Origin: a virus
IMG/VR virus record: IMGVR_UViG_3300017691_000004
Coordinates: 1-40,363 of that record
Length of the DNA: 40,363 nucleotides
Strand: one strand, 5' to 3'
The notes below the pieces were generated by a model that saw nothing but the letters and a program-made list of their open reading frames with translations, was not told the origin of the DNA and searched no databases. Positions 31,333 to 39,739 of the stretch are shown in pieces. Within the stretch, counting starts at the first letter, position 1. Each line of letters opens with the position of its first letter. The translations under genes were made by a program, and so were the position numbers.

Positions 31333-31988
31333 TAGTAGACGCCTCGCGTCTGGCTATAAGTCTGCGGCGCCAAAGCGTTCTGCTGCTGAAGGGCATCCGT
31401 CCGCTGCTGATACTGGTAGTTGTTCATCCCTTGCCCGATGGCGTTGCCGATGCCGGATGTGGTGTTGCCATAGATGCTGGCCTGCGCGCTTCCCAAGCTG
31501 GCTTCAGTCTGCGCGATACCGGCGGCCGCTTGTGCCCCAGCCGCCGCCGTGCCTGCCGCCGACGCCTGCCCAAGCTGGGTCATGCCCATCAGCCGGTTGT
31601 AGTAGGTCGTGAAGTCCTGATTGGCGAGGTTAGCGCCTAGCTTCTGCTCAGCCGCCAGCGTGGAGCCAGACCGCAGCAAACCACGCGCCGCAGCGCCTGT
31701 ATCGACAGCCTTAAGACCTTCCGATACCTGATAGCCATACCCAGGCGAGGACTGGAAATTGGCCATCGCCGTGTTAGCGGCTTCCTGCCCGTTCAGCCCC
31801 AGCAGGTTCTGAGCCGGGGCCAGAGCGTTGACGCCAGCCTGCGTGAATGGCGCCAGGTCAGCGCGCGTCTGGGCCTGTTGCCGCTCCTGTGCGGCAATCG
31901 ACTTGTCTGCGGCCTTGCTCGTGGCCTTGGACTGCAAAGCCCCACCCACAACGGTGGCAGCCCCTAGCGCGGCGGCGCCCCACGGCAT
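31332..31988 (-). CDS. Putative internal virion / DNA-ejection protein (Gly/Ala/Gln-rich)
   Basis: A 218-aa ORF with a hydrophobic N-terminus MPWGAAALGAATVVGGAL. Confidence 0.45.
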   Translation of the reverse strand: MPWGAAALGAATVVGGALQSKATSKAADKSIAAQERQQAQTRADLAPFTQAGVNALAPAQNLLGLNGQEAANTAMANFQSSPGYGYQVSEGLKAVDTGAAARGLLRSGSTLAAEQKLGANLANQDFTTYYNRLMGMTQLGQASAAGTAAAGAQAAAGIAQTEASLGSAQASIYGNTTSGIGNAIGQGMNNYQYQQRTDALQQQNALAPQTYSQTRGVY

Positions 31989-31991
31989 CTC

Positions 31992-32327
31992 TCAGCCCTC
32001 CATCTCAAGCTGGTGTTCTTCGTGAATATCCACGTCCTCGCCCTCAGCCATGGCGTGCAGGCAAAGCACCAGCGTGCCATCCACCAGCGTTTCGAAGCGA
32101 TGCTTGGCTCGCGCCGCGATCTGGACCGCACATGGAGCGGTGAACTCGCCCATGAACTCGCCGTCCTTCCAGATGGCGACAGCGCCAGCCGCCAGATAGG
32201 AGATGTGGTCGTAGGTGTGGGCGTGCTGAGGGATCACGGTGCCGGCCTTGGCGCTGAACATCTCCTTAACGAAGACGCCGCCATAAAGGTGGACGTTGCC
32301 GACAGGCTGTTGAGTGGCTTCCATCAT
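31992..32327 (-). CDS. Small cupin-fold protein
   Basis: GTVIPQHAHTYDHISYLAAGAVAIWKDGE...AKHRF fits the cupin motif 1 (H-x-H-x3-H/E) and motif 2 His. There is an ATGA overlap with the hydroxylase gene. Confidence 0.6.
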   Translation of the reverse strand: MMEATQQPVGNVHLYGGVFVKEMFSAKAGTVIPQHAHTYDHISYLAAGAVAIWKDGEFMGEFTAPCAVQIAARAKHRFETLVDGTLVLCLHAMAEGEDVDIHEEHQLEMEG

Positions 32328-32884
32328 GCTGCCGCATCCCTCAGAGTGATCACAAGATTAATCCTCTCCACATTACCAGCATTAGTGATGGAATGCGGCA
32401 CCAGATTATCGAATTCCCAGATTTCGCCCTCTCGGAACACCACTTCCTCATCCAAGGTCGTGTTGATGCACCGCACATTAGTCTGAAGCGGCACATAGAA
32501 CTTCCGATTGTAGTAACGCGCCGTCCAGGCGGCACCATCCGTGTGGGTCTTGATCTCGCCCCCTGCCGGAATGCGCGAGATGAGACAGGTTCCCAACTCG
32601 ACACCCCGAAACGTCGCCATGAGGTTGAAGGCAATCGGATGCACAGCCGATAAGGCGTGCCAGGCGTCATAAAACGCGCAATGACCCTCGCCCAGGTAAG
32701 ATTCCGGTCCAGTCAGCGTTTCGCGCGGGAAATACCGGAGCCAGATGTCCGATGTGCCCTGCATGGGGCCGTCATCCCGCTCCGTGCGCTCCCGATACTG
32801 GTCCCACAGCTCTGGCGCAGCGTTCAACTGCGCCATGATGGGCGAAACGTCCAGACCCTCATGCACACGGGCGAAATACTTCAT
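32324..32884 (-). CDS. Aspartyl/asparaginyl beta-hydroxylase-like (LpxO/ASPH family) 2OG-Fe(II) oxygenase
   Basis: ISRIPAGGEIKTHTDG...KFYVPLQTN...FREGEIWEFDNLVPHSITNAGNVERINLVITL parallels the family pattern L.PG..I.PH.g...rlr.HLgL...W.eG....FDds..H.v.N.....RliL. The start is at 32884 (TGATG overlap). Confidence 0.7.
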   Translation of the reverse strand: MKYFARVHEGLDVSPIMAQLNAAPELWDQYRERTERDDGPMQGTSDIWLRYFPRETLTGPESYLGEGHCAFYDAWHALSAVHPIAFNLMATFRGVELGTCLISRIPAGGEIKTHTDGAAWTARYYNRKFYVPLQTNVRCINTTLDEEVVFREGEIWEFDNLVPHSITNAGNVERINLVITLRDAAA

Positions 32885-33210
32885 CAGCCCAGCCTCACAT
32901 ACCACCGGACACCGCCTGCATCGGCCGCATTCGGTAGATTGAACGTCATGGAGCCGTCACCAGCGCCAAACGTCGTGCCGTAAAGCGAAAAAAGCCCCGG
33001 ATTGTCCTTCCGGCTCACAGCAGAACCGTCTGCACGCGCAAAAGCCTTGCCAGGATCTGACAGGCCTGCCGGAAATGGGTAAAAAGCGCCGACAGAGCCA
33101 AAAGAAGGATCGGATGCGACGCCCAATTGATCGAAAAACGCCGCCCAAGGCTCGGAAACGGTCTGTTTTCCTGACTCCGCCAGTGGTTCAATGGTGGGCG
33201 GGCGCAACAT
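32884..33210 (-). CDS. Short fibre with a phage tail-collar domain
   Basis: GAFYPFPAGLSDPGKAFARADGSAVSRKDNPGLFSLYGTTFGAGDGSMTFNLPN matches the tail-collar (MdpB-like) pattern P.G...cdG...s...yp.Lf..iG..yGgdg.ttF.lPd. Confidence 0.75.
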   Translation of the reverse strand: MLRPPTIEPLAESGKQTVSEPWAAFFDQLGVASDPSFGSVGAFYPFPAGLSDPGKAFARADGSAVSRKDNPGLFSLYGTTFGAGDGSMTFNLPNAADAGGVRWYVRLG

Positions 33211-34622
33211 CAGGACTCTCCAACCTGGATATCGGCATCTGCGCCATAGAACGTCACGATATCCTCAGCTTGCAAGCGCAAAACCCGCTGCCGAAAGCTA
33301 CCCATGCGCGTACTGAACACCCGCTTGCGGTGATCGCCAGACGCACCGCTGCTCATGAAGCGGGGTGTCGTGAAATCCCGCCCGCCGTTGTCCGACCAGT
33401 CCAACTGAATAGACGGATTGACTGCGAGAGTGCCGGAATCCAGCTCCACTTCGAAGCGGGACATGAACGCCCGCTTGGTATCAGCCCAGATCGGCGGGAA
33501 ACAGGCGATGCGTCGCAGCGTCACGCCCACGTCGTTGCGAGTTTGCGGGTCCAAGCCAAACACCACGGCGCTGAATCCATCGCCAAAGATCGCCGTGCCA
33601 CCGAACTGGGCTGAGCAATCTGCCCGCCACCGCCCCGCCCCACCCGCGCCACTGGCCCGCCGATGCCATTGCTTGGTGGCGGCATCGTAAACCCAAGTCC
33701 GACCCTCAGATCCATCAGCGCGCTGAAAGCTCAAGGCATAGAAGTAATGCCCCGTTTGAGAATACGCCAATCCAGAGGTAAACCGCACCTCGCCAAAGTC
33801 GCGAATCCATTCCTCAATGGCGTGCGTGCTGATCCTCTGGGCCGTGTACCCACTGGACCGATAGATGATACCGTTGGTGCCCAGCCAGACGAGCGAGTTA
33901 TCGAACTCCGCCACCGTCGCCGCATTGGACGTGCCAAATGGAATATCACCGCCAGACCGCCGCTCGAATGGAGCATTGGCGTTGCCGGTGACGAACCACA
34001 CCTCAACGCCCGTCTCACCGAACAGCCACAGCTCGCCACGATGGAACATGGCTCTCTTCAGCACATTCGGGCGCGCATCGGCACTGGCGAAGGACAGACC
34101 ATCATAGGTGTCAGCGTCCAGCAGGTTCGACCAGAAGAACTGATCGCTCCCGATATCATCGGCCGTGAACACCCAATACCCGGCGATGTAGGTCACGCTG
34201 GATGCGCCAGGGAACGGCTGATCCGAAGTTCCGGTAATCTGACGCAGAGTGGAAGATGCCGAGTGACTAGCCACCCAAGCATTCGGCGGAATACACACCA
34301 CCACCGTGGTTGGTCCCACAGCAATGGTGGGGCGTCCTGAACCGGTGACGGTGCCGATGGACACCGCCCCACCCTCGGCCGTGTAGCGGATGAACTGGTT
34401 TCCAGCCACGGCATAAAGCCTGCCGGGCTGGTCGGAATTCAAAGCCCGGATGGCGCCAGTCTCGAACGTGAAGACAGCCGCCAAGCCTGGCGTGCTCTTG
34501 ATGATGGCCTGCGAGCGCGCTTCCGGTGGGGCCTGCTCCACATAGAGATTGACCAGATCCTGCGCATCCGCCGGCAGGCTGTTCAACTCGTAGGTCTGGG
34601 TCGGGAACGGAATGCGCTGCAT
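33210..34622 (-). CDS. P22 gp10-like tail hub protein
   Basis: It is 470 aa (P22 gp10 is about 472 aa, recalled from memory). The N-terminus DLVNLYVEQAP...STPGL, the mid region ELWLFGETGVEVW and the C-terminal end RVLRLQAEDIVTFYGADADIQVGES parallel the gp10 layout as I remember it. Confidence 0.65.
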   Translation of the reverse strand: MQRIPFPTQTYELNSLPADAQDLVNLYVEQAPPEARSQAIIKSTPGLAAVFTFETGAIRALNSDQPGRLYAVAGNQFIRYTAEGGAVSIGTVTGSGRPTIAVGPTTVVVCIPPNAWVASHSASSTLRQITGTSDQPFPGASSVTYIAGYWVFTADDIGSDQFFWSNLLDADTYDGLSFASADARPNVLKRAMFHRGELWLFGETGVEVWFVTGNANAPFERRSGGDIPFGTSNAATVAEFDNSLVWLGTNGIIYRSSGYTAQRISTHAIEEWIRDFGEVRFTSGLAYSQTGHYFYALSFQRADGSEGRTWVYDAATKQWHRRASGAGGAGRWRADCSAQFGGTAIFGDGFSAVVFGLDPQTRNDVGVTLRRIACFPPIWADTKRAFMSRFEVELDSGTLAVNPSIQLDWSDNGGRDFTTPRFMSSGASGDHRKRVFSTRMGSFRQRVLRLQAEDIVTFYGADADIQVGES

Positions 34623-37156
34623 TACGGCTCCTGCGGACGCGTTGCCGCCTCCTCCAGCTCAGCCACACGGCGCCGCAGGCCCTGAACCACCGGCCACAGC
34701 AAGGCCAGCATCTCGTCAGAGCGAAGCCCCATCAGATCAGCCTCGGGGTCATGCACGAAGCCAGCGAAGTCCTCCGTGTCGATACCTTGCTCGTCCAGAA
34801 CGCGCTTCACATCCTGCGCCACGAAGCCGGTATGCAGGCGCTTGCCATCCTTCATGCGATAGGTGCTGGCGGGAATCGCGTCCACCAAGGCGCCAGCGGC
34901 ATTCTCAGAGAGAGGCGTAATGTCCCGCTTCTCCCGCTCATCCGACGTGTTGATGGTGCCAGAGGCTGCGTAAATCTGGGTCCATCGGAACGATGCCGCG
35001 CCGAGAGAGAAAGAGTTGTCGGTCTCAGGCAACAGCAACGCCGTCGTCGTGCGTGCCGCCGTCAGATGGATGGTGCCGGCGCCAGGCGTGCCATCGATAC
35101 CGCCATCCGCCGAGATACGGGCATCGTACAGGTTGCCATTGCCGCCCGTGCGGAAGTCAACGACACGGACGCCAGTGTCCTCGTTGCCTAGCGTCAGGTT
35201 GCCCTGAATGGCAGCATACTGCGCGTTGATAACGGCGTAGGGGAGGGCTGTCGTGCCGATGCTATACATACCAGCACCGAGAGGCAGCAGGTTCGGCGTG
35301 TTGATGCGCGCGGCTTCGACAGTCAGAGTACCAGCGCCAGGCTGGCCATTCGTGCCGCCACTGGCCAAGAGACGAACGTCATACTCGTTGTTGTTGCCGC
35401 CCGTGTGGAAATCCACGGCGCGCGGTCCCAAGTCAGCGGTGCCAATCTCCAAGTTACCCTGGATCGAGGCATACTGCGTGTTGATCTCAGAGTAAGGCAG
35501 GCTAGGCGTGCCGATAGTGGCTCCACCAGCGCTCACAGGCAGCAAGTTGCTGGTCGAGACGTTGCGCGCCTGAATCAGCAGGTTGCTACTGCCGGTCTGC
35601 CCCTGAGTGCCGCCGCTCGCCAGCAACCGTACATCGAAGTCGTTGTTCAAGCCGCCGACATGGAAATCGTAGTAAGAGCCGCCCTCGGCCGTGTTACCAG
35701 ACGAGAAGTTATCCGCCACTACAGAGCGGACATACAGCGTGTCAAAACGCGCCTGAGGCGATCCGATGCTATAGAAGTTGGTGGTGCCAGGCAGAATGTT
35801 GGTGGTGATCAAATTCCCAGCATTGAACACCATGTCGCCCAGGCCACTGGTGCCGTTCACACCACCCTGCACCTGAATGCGGGCATCGAAATCATTGGCA
35901 GCGAAACCGCTGCTGTGGAAATCGATGTAAGGCGTCGTCGCCAGATCGCGCCGGCCATGCTCAACATTGCCGTCCGCCGTGATGCGATAGGTCGGAAAGC
36001 CGTCCGGCCGGAACTCGAACGGCGTGCAGTTGACCTTTTCGACATACAGGCCGAACTCAGGCCCGGTGCCATAGTTCTCAATGCTGAAGCCCGCCCGCAC
36101 AGCGCCCTGGACGCGGAAGGCGTCATAATAGGGACCGCGCGAATAGTACCCCACCCACGAACCGAACGAGCCGAACGCCACGGCATCATAGGCCGTCAGG
36201 CGCGGATACTGGGTGGCAGGATCGAAGGGCGCTTGATCGTTGATCGTGCCAACCTCAAAGGCATGGCCAACCCGCGCCGTACTATTCGGGTACAGCGAGA
36301 CATTGGCGTTCATGGCCCAGACAGAGGTAATCACACCGACATTCGCCGCCACACCATTCGGCGGTATCTGCCCGGATGACGTGTTGCCGGTCTGATACCA
36401 CCCGGACACGTTAATCCGCCCGGCAGACCACCCCACAACACGCCCGCTGAACTTGGGCGAGTGCAAGGTATCGATGATCATCCCAAGCTTGAGCTTGGTG
36501 AAATCGATGGCATTGCTGAAGGACACGGAGGTGGCGGTGTAAGTGCTGCCAGCATCGGTCGTGTGAACCGGCGGCGGCGCGATGTTGTCCGCATACAGCG
36601 CCACGCTGTCGCGCTCGGTGTATTCAGCCATCTGCTGATCGCTGGTGAAGCCCAGCACACCAGCGCGCCGCTCAGGGTCGCCGTGCAGGCAAATTGCGTA
36701 ACCCGCCGCCTGATCGTAGGTGCCCCACGTCGTGCGGTTGCGCCGCTCAGACCGCAGCACAGTGCCGCGCAGCAGCCCTTCACCGCCCACGATGGTGGCG
36801 CCACTGACCATGTGCCAGTTGACCTGCCGCCCCTGGGTATCGACGGGCTGACTGATCGCATATGCGCCTTCCGGCACAACAACGTCCGTCGCCTCGTTGC
36901 AGGCCGCCTGGAACGCCGCAAAGTCATTCGTGCTGCCATCGCCAAGCGCGCCGTAGTCCTTCACGCTGACGGTATCTGACAGCTTATCCTGCACCGGCCG
37001 TGTGGTGCCAGAAACGACCAACTTATTCAGGACGTAGCCAGCAATCTGCGCCGGGCTAACCTTATAGGCGTGGGTTCCATCATCCAGCGGGATGGCGCCT
37101 GTATCTTGTAGATTGCCCGGATATGGATTCAGGTCCGGGATGCGAACATTAGTCAT
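34622..37156 (-). CDS. Tailspike: pectate-lyase-superfamily domain, four ~85-aa repeats, and a C-terminal S74 intramolecular-chaperone domain
   Basis: VSVKDYGALGDGSTNDFAAFQAA is the pectate_lyase_3 signature. TSDEREKRDITPL...HTGFVAQDV...LRSDEMLALL is the S74 self-cleaving chaperone signature. Confidence 0.85.
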   Translation of the reverse strand: MTNVRIPDLNPYPGNLQDTGAIPLDDGTHAYKVSPAQIAGYVLNKLVVSGTTRPVQDKLSDTVSVKDYGALGDGSTNDFAAFQAACNEATDVVVPEGAYAISQPVDTQGRQVNWHMVSGATIVGGEGLLRGTVLRSERRNRTTWGTYDQAAGYAICLHGDPERRAGVLGFTSDQQMAEYTERDSVALYADNIAPPPVHTTDAGSTYTATSVSFSNAIDFTKLKLGMIIDTLHSPKFSGRVVGWSAGRINVSGWYQTGNTSSGQIPPNGVAANVGVITSVWAMNANVSLYPNSTARVGHAFEVGTINDQAPFDPATQYPRLTAYDAVAFGSFGSWVGYYSRGPYYDAFRVQGAVRAGFSIENYGTGPEFGLYVEKVNCTPFEFRPDGFPTYRITADGNVEHGRRDLATTPYIDFHSSGFAANDFDARIQVQGGVNGTSGLGDMVFNAGNLITTNILPGTTNFYSIGSPQARFDTLYVRSVVADNFSSGNTAEGGSYYDFHVGGLNNDFDVRLLASGGTQGQTGSSNLLIQARNVSTSNLLPVSAGGATIGTPSLPYSEINTQYASIQGNLEIGTADLGPRAVDFHTGGNNNEYDVRLLASGGTNGQPGAGTLTVEAARINTPNLLPLGAGMYSIGTTALPYAVINAQYAAIQGNLTLGNEDTGVRVVDFRTGGNGNLYDARISADGGIDGTPGAGTIHLTAARTTTALLLPETDNSFSLGAASFRWTQIYAASGTINTSDEREKRDITPLSENAAGALVDAIPASTYRMKDGKRLHTGFVAQDVKRVLDEQGIDTEDFAGFVHDPEADLMGLRSDEMLALLWPVVQGLRRRVAELEEAATRPQEP
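34961..35926. repeat. Four tandem ~255-nt coding repeats inside the tailspike gene
   Basis: The repeats start at aa 411 (IDFHSSG), 497 (YDFHVGG), 581 (VDFHTGG) and 666 (VDFRTGG). Each has the form DFH.GG..N.(F/Y)D.R(L/I)...GG..G..G.G......A....T.NLLP......(S/T)(I/L)G.... Confidence 0.8.
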
Positions 37157-37184
37157 TGGACCTATACTCCACCAACGGGTTTGA

Positions 37185-37808
37185 TCATGCGTACTCTACA
37201 GTCTGGCCATCTTCCCACAACAGCACCGTCCCGTCATCCCAAAGCACAGTATTAGGGCCAACGATCACTTCGCCGTCGCCATCTCCCGGATCTTCCCCAC
37301 CGCCGTCCCCTGGGTCTTCACCACCACCACCATCGCCCGGACACGGCACGACAATAATGCCGCTGCCTGTGTCCAGATAATACCCATCGGACGTGGTAAG
37401 AGCGCAGCCAATGATGTCGTTTGTGCTGCTGAAGCGATGACCATAAGCCGCCATCACGTTGATGACGCCAAAGGCCACCACGGAAGCTTCTGAGGAATCA
37501 CCCAGCGTTACACGCCAAGGGATCTGCCCTCGGCCATCACGCGTCGTGAAGCCCATCATGTCAAAATAGAACTGCCCGGACTCAAAGGACAGAAATGTGC
37601 CGTCCCTCGAATACCCCCGGCCATCACCAAACGAGAAATACGCCGCCATACCCGACGTATTGAGCGGGGTCGTATCCCCATCCCGCTCATAGACGGTAAT
37701 GAGCAGCCGGACCTTCTCACCCGATGTGATGATGAAATTGCGCTGCGGCGGGGCTTCCAGCGGGCCGTAGGTGCGGCACACCGCGAACGGCAGGGTCCGG
37801 CCAGCCAT
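37185..37808 (-). CDS. Hypothetical virion protein with a short Gly/Asp-rich tandem repeat
   Basis: A 207-aa ORF containing PGDGGGGEDPGDGGGEDPGDGDGE near the C-terminus. It shares base 37808 with the upstream gene. Confidence 0.5.
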   Translation of the reverse strand: MAGRTLPFAVCRTYGPLEAPPQRNFIITSGEKVRLLITVYERDGDTTPLNTSGMAAYFSFGDGRGYSRDGTFLSFESGQFYFDMMGFTTRDGRGQIPWRVTLGDSSEASVVAFGVINVMAAYGHRFSSTNDIIGCALTTSDGYYLDTGSGIIVVPCPGDGGGGEDPGDGGGEDPGDGDGEVIVGPNTVLWDDGTVLLWEDGQTVEYA

Positions 37809-39376
37809 CAGAAGTATTCCACCCGCGTCATCTCGCCCGTGGTCGGCAGGACATTCTGCTGGATGATCATGCGCTCGCCAGCCACCCAGTCATTCGGGTT
37901 CGGCGCCTGCAATGCGACTGGCGCCATGAGAACCGTGGCCATCATCACATACGGTTCCTCAATGCCAGGCGGGATATCCACCAACAGCCAGCGCGTGCGA
38001 CGGCGTCCAGACAGATTGGTATGCACATCGCGGATCTTCTGCACGGCAATGGCCAGTCCCACTGGCCCACTCAAGATCATCAGACGGGCGGTCTTCATCG
38101 CGGCATCCATAGCCGCCGGGTCACGCGCGCCACCATACACGGGCGCCAGCTTGGCAACCGCGATGCTGGTGATGGCGTCACCATAGGCCGAAGGCGTCTG
38201 GTCAATAGGCCACGTTGCCAGACCCTGCGCCACCAGAGCGCTATAAGCCGATGCCACTTCTGCCTCAGCCTGCTCCTGTGCCTTACGTCCCTGCACGTTC
38301 ACACGGATGCGCTGCAAGGCAGCGGCATACAGATCCGGCGTTTCTGGCCGGCCCAGCATCGGACCAAGCTGCACGGCAGCGGCCGAGATCACATCGGCCG
38401 CCACGCTATAGGGCGTCGCATCCACCGGCCAATCCGCGACACCAGCATTGACCAGCGCATCATGCACGGAGCGGACTGCGTTGTAAGCCTCGATAGAACC
38501 ACGCTCGCCCAGCATCTGAGCCAGCCGAATCCGCTCTTCAGCAGCCCCAGCGTCCAGCTTCATGTCAGCGTTGTAGATCGGCGCCAGATAGGCAGCCACG
38601 ATCACCTCAACGTCGGCTGCAAACGCGGCAGGCACCACATCGGAGCTCCAATCCGCCAAGCCCCGCCGGGCCAGGGAGCTGTGAACCTCAGTGACCTTCG
38701 CCTCGGCCAAAGCCTGGCCACGGCCGCCGGTCAGCGCGACAGCGCGCGCCTCCTGCATGATCGCGGCATAATTCGAGAACTCGGACACCTTACCGAAGCT
38801 CGGCGCCAGCAGGTTGGCGGCCAGCATCTCATAATACTGCGCCATATAGCGCGGGGTCGTATCCACGGCCCAAGTGGCGATAGCGCCCGCTGTCAGACGC
38901 TCGTGAATGTCCACAATGGTCGTGAGTGCCGCATCTTGATCCACTGGAGAGGGGTTCTCATCCGATGCGATGATGCCTAGGCGCCGCAATGCTCGAGTGG
39001 CCAGCGCAGCCCCCGTCACGGTCGCCGTGGCCAAGCCAGGGGAAGCGGGATTCACGCCCACCATGCGCAGTGCGCGGGAAGCCACCTCAGCGCGCGAGAC
39101 AGGGGCACTCTGCGCGCCAGCCTGCTCAAACGGAACCGCCATGACGCCAAGGTGGCGCAGCACGGAGGCGCCCATCTCGGCCAGCGTCCGGGTGCCAGAC
39201 AGGCCAGCACGGTCGGACGGATCAACAACAGTCACGCCAAGGCGGCGCAGAGCCTGTGAGGCCATGCTCGCCTTGGTCGTCGTCCCGGCATCAGTCGGCC
39301 GGGATGTGCCCGCCACCAGCGATAGTCCCAGCCTTTGAAGAACTCGCTGGCCTAGAGTCTCGACGGTGACGGGCAT
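37808..39376 (-). CDS. P22 gp4-like tail adaptor with internally multiplied motifs (522 aa)
   Basis: There are five N-terminal ALRRLGV-type motifs: LQRLGLSLV, ALRRLGVTVV, VLRHLGVMAV, ALRMVGVNPA and ALRRLGIIAS. Five later modules end in LAP..G: LLAPSFG, YLAPIYN, QLGPMLG, KLAPVYG and LMAPVAL. P22 gp4 (about 166 aa, from memory) has one AALRKLGV and one RIAPDY. Confidence 0.55.
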   Translation of the reverse strand: MPVTVETLGQRVLQRLGLSLVAGTSRPTDAGTTTKASMASQALRRLGVTVVDPSDRAGLSGTRTLAEMGASVLRHLGVMAVPFEQAGAQSAPVSRAEVASRALRMVGVNPASPGLATATVTGAALATRALRRLGIIASDENPSPVDQDAALTTIVDIHERLTAGAIATWAVDTTPRYMAQYYEMLAANLLAPSFGKVSEFSNYAAIMQEARAVALTGGRGQALAEAKVTEVHSSLARRGLADWSSDVVPAAFAADVEVIVAAYLAPIYNADMKLDAGAAEERIRLAQMLGERGSIEAYNAVRSVHDALVNAGVADWPVDATPYSVAADVISAAAVQLGPMLGRPETPDLYAAALQRIRVNVQGRKAQEQAEAEVASAYSALVAQGLATWPIDQTPSAYGDAITSIAVAKLAPVYGGARDPAAMDAAMKTARLMILSGPVGLAIAVQKIRDVHTNLSGRRRTRWLLVDIPPGIEEPYVMMATVLMAPVALQAPNPNDWVAGERMIIQQNVLPTTGEMTRVEYF

Positions 39377-39382
39377 ACTCGG

Positions 39383-39733
39383 TTACTTCTTCGCTCGGGG
39401 AACGGTCTTGGCATCGCCCTCAGTGGCAGGCGGGTCCTTCGCGTCAACGCGCGTGGTGCCCTCCTCAGCCGGGGTCTTGCCACCCGCGTCAGCCTCAGTG
39501 GTCACAACCACATCAGCCGCCGGCTTGCCCGTCAGGGTGGAGCCATCCGGGGTGCTGCCATCGGCAACGGTCCCGTCCGCTTCCAGCGCCTTCTTGGCGA
39601 GGGTGTTTTCCTCGATATCGCCACCCATCCCACCGCGCGCGGCCATCTGGGCCTCGCCGGTCAGACGGACCTGGGCGCCACGGCTCGGAAGCCGCTCACC
39701 CTCAAGCTTGACCTTCGGTTCAGCCATTGTCAT
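39383..39733 (-). CDS. Small protein, member A of the RGAQVRL-motif family, directly downstream of the capsid gene
   Basis: ...LPSRGAQVRLTGEAQMAARGGMGG...DGSTPDGSTL. AAGGAGG lies upstream of the ATG. Confidence 0.6.
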   Translation of the reverse strand: MTMAEPKVKLEGERLPSRGAQVRLTGEAQMAARGGMGGDIEENTLAKKALEADGTVADGSTPDGSTLTGKPAADVVVTTEADAGGKTPAEEGTTRVDAKDPPATEGDAKTVPRAKK

Positions 39734-39739
39734 GCCTCC

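Noticed and set aside
30235-31335. A 366-aa plus-strand ORF. The plus-strand ORFs 35405..36379 and 38021..38980 are similar cases.
   Set aside because: All are antisense to well-supported structural genes. They are Arg/His/Gly-rich and have no coupling to neighbouring genes.
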